Assembly (NCBI GenBank): GCA_043797125.1
Contig: JAZDPX010000033.1
Span: forward strand, 34,527-98,526
DNA: 64,000 nt
Source of the DNA: Candidatus Omnitrophota bacterium
Lineage (GTDB): Bacteria > Omnitrophota > Gorgyraeia > JABMRG01 > JAFGKX01
Direction of reading: 5' to 3'
In this document: positions 62,986-64,000 of the stretch, one piece after another
How positions within the stretch are numbered: the stretch's first letter is position 1
Layout: each line of letters opens with the position of its first letter
Notes under the pieces: generated by a model
Seen by the model: the letters and a program-made list of their open reading frames with translations, nothing else
Databases searched by the model: none
What the model was told of the DNA's origin: nothing
Translations under genes and position numbers: made by a program

Positions 62986-63999
62986 AAATATCTCTTTGTT
63001 TTCCTGCACCCAGCTAATAAGCCTAGTGATGCCCTCTTGTTTGGAAACCTTCGGTTTCCAACCCAATATATTTTGCGCTTTTGTTATATCACTGACGAAT
63101 ATTTTCTGATCCCCGGGGCGCCAAGGGGCATAATCTATTACCAGTTTTTTGTTCAACTTCTCCTCAAGCATAGATACCAGCTCAAGCAAAGATAACTGAT
63201 TAGCTACTGCGCCGCCTATATTAAATGCCATGCCTTTGACTCTATCGATGTTTTTACAGCTAAGATTAAAAGCCTCGATAAGATCGTCGATAAAGAGGAT
63301 ATCGCGAACCTGCTTGCCGTCTCCGTAAATAGTCAGCGGCCTATTCAACGCTGCGCAAATCGCAAAATGCGCGACCCAGCCCTGGTCCTCGTGACCCATC
63401 TGCCGCGGGCCATAGATACAGGACTGGCGCATCGTAACTGTATTTAAACCGTATATCCTGGCATAATCAACCATATACTGGTCTGCGCTCCCCTTTGAGC
63501 AACCGTACGGCGAATGGAAATCCAACTGCCTCGTCTCGGGAATACCGTTCTTTAAATCAGCGTATTGATATCTGCCATCCCTTTCCATAATCCTTAAATC
63601 CGTCATTTCTCCGTATACCTTATTTGTAGACGCATATATTATTACCGGGTTTATTTTAAGCTCGCGCACAACCTCTAATAAATTAAACGTGCCTATCGCA
63701 TTAATTTCAAAATCCTCTCGCGGTTCTGACACAGAGGTTGTCACAGCGACCTGAGCTGCCATATGATAAATAATATCCAACTTCTTATGCGCTGCTATGG
63801 CGCCTTTTAGCCCCTTATAGTTAACTATGTCCTGCTTGATAAACTCAGGTCTTCCCTGTTGTTTTAACCACTTCAAATTTTTTTCAGAACCCGGCCTTGA
63901 AAGGTTATCAATCACAATCACGCCATCGCCTTGTTTAATATGATGGTTTGCGATATTGCAGCCTATAAAACCTGCGCCTCCTGTAATGAGCACTTTCAT
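62980..63999 (-). CDS. NAD-dependent sugar epimerase, CDP-paratose 2-epimerase (RfbE)-like extended SDR
   Basis: MKVLITGGAGFIGCNIANH...VIVIDNLSRPGSEKNL...YHMAAQVAVTTS...EINAIGTFNLLE...YASTNKVYG closely parallels the RfbE family. It is a complete gene and its ATG lies at the window end. Confidence 0.6.
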   Translation of the reverse strand: MKVLITGGAGFIGCNIANHHIKQGDGVIVIDNLSRPGSEKNLKWLKQQGRPEFIKQDIVNYKGLKGAIAAHKKLDIIYHMAAQVAVTTSVSEPREDFEINAIGTFNLLEVVRELKINPVIIYASTNKVYGEMTDLRIMERDGRYQYADLKNGIPETRQLDFHSPYGCSKGSADQYMVDYARIYGLNTVTMRQSCIYGPRQMGHEDQGWVAHFAICAALNRPLTIYGDGKQVRDILFIDDLIEAFNLSCKNIDRVKGMAFNIGGAVANQLSLLELVSMLEEKLNKKLVIDYAPWRPGDQKIFVSDITKAQNILGWKPKVSKQEGITRLISWVQENKEIFG

Positions 64000-64000
64000 G

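Noticed and set aside
1-64000. CRISPR arrays, tRNA/rRNA genes, transposases, toxin-antitoxin or defence-system signatures
   Set aside because: None was seen. The repeats present are short (7-10 nt) tandem units at gene junctions, not spacer-separated CRISPR repeats. No cloverleaf-like or rRNA-like segments were found in the tiny intergenic spaces.

Overview
Overview: 64 kb, gene-dense window (about 95% coding). Every credible gene is on the minus strand, and many junctions are translationally coupled (ATGA / TGATG / TAATG stop-start overlaps). No rRNA, tRNA, CRISPR array, transposase or integrase is recognisable. The window is one continuous surface-glycan / glycolipid biosynthesis supercluster of at least 55 CDS. 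The generic backbone is: GT4 x4, GT2 x5, one GT9 heptosyltransferase, four GT-C (ArnT/PMT-like) membrane glycosyltransferases, a YfhO-like polytopic protein, a Wzx-like flippase, MBOAT plus partner, SDR epimerases/dehydratases, a hexapeptide N-acetyltransferase, and at least five class I SAM methyltransferases. Several specialised modules are embedded in this backbone. (1) A phosphonate core, all translationally coupled: a PepM (EDKX5NS motif) fused to a C-terminal cytidylyltransferase, a phosphonopyruvate decarboxylase, and an upstream SPASM-type radical SAM enzyme. It is flanked by two CDP-alcohol phosphatidyltransferases and a LicB-like DMT transporter / LicC-like nucleotidyltransferase pair. 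No AEP transaminase or Fe-alcohol dehydrogenase is present. (2) A WbuX/WbuY/WbuZ-type amidotransferase triad (acetamidino sugar formation) plus a 601-aa unknown. (3) Nonulosonic-acid module A: NeuB-like, PseG-like, CMP-sugar synthetase, with three B12-binding radical SAM enzymes and an embedded Xis-type HTH protein. (4) Nonulosonic-acid module B: NeuB-like, KdsC-like phosphatase and CMP-sugar synthetase, combined with a single-chain transketolase, an enolase-superfamily dehydratase, ALDH, SDR and a PanE-like reductase. (5) A methyltransferase coupled to a membrane-embedded spermidine-synthase-like protein. (6) Short 7-10 nt tandem repeats sit exactly at several gene junctions, some containing the stop and start codons. 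There are also an intergenic 23-bp perfect palindrome plus hairpin, and a LexA-DNA-binding-domain-only small protein. Functional calls rest on motif-level reading of the provided translations; no database searches were run.
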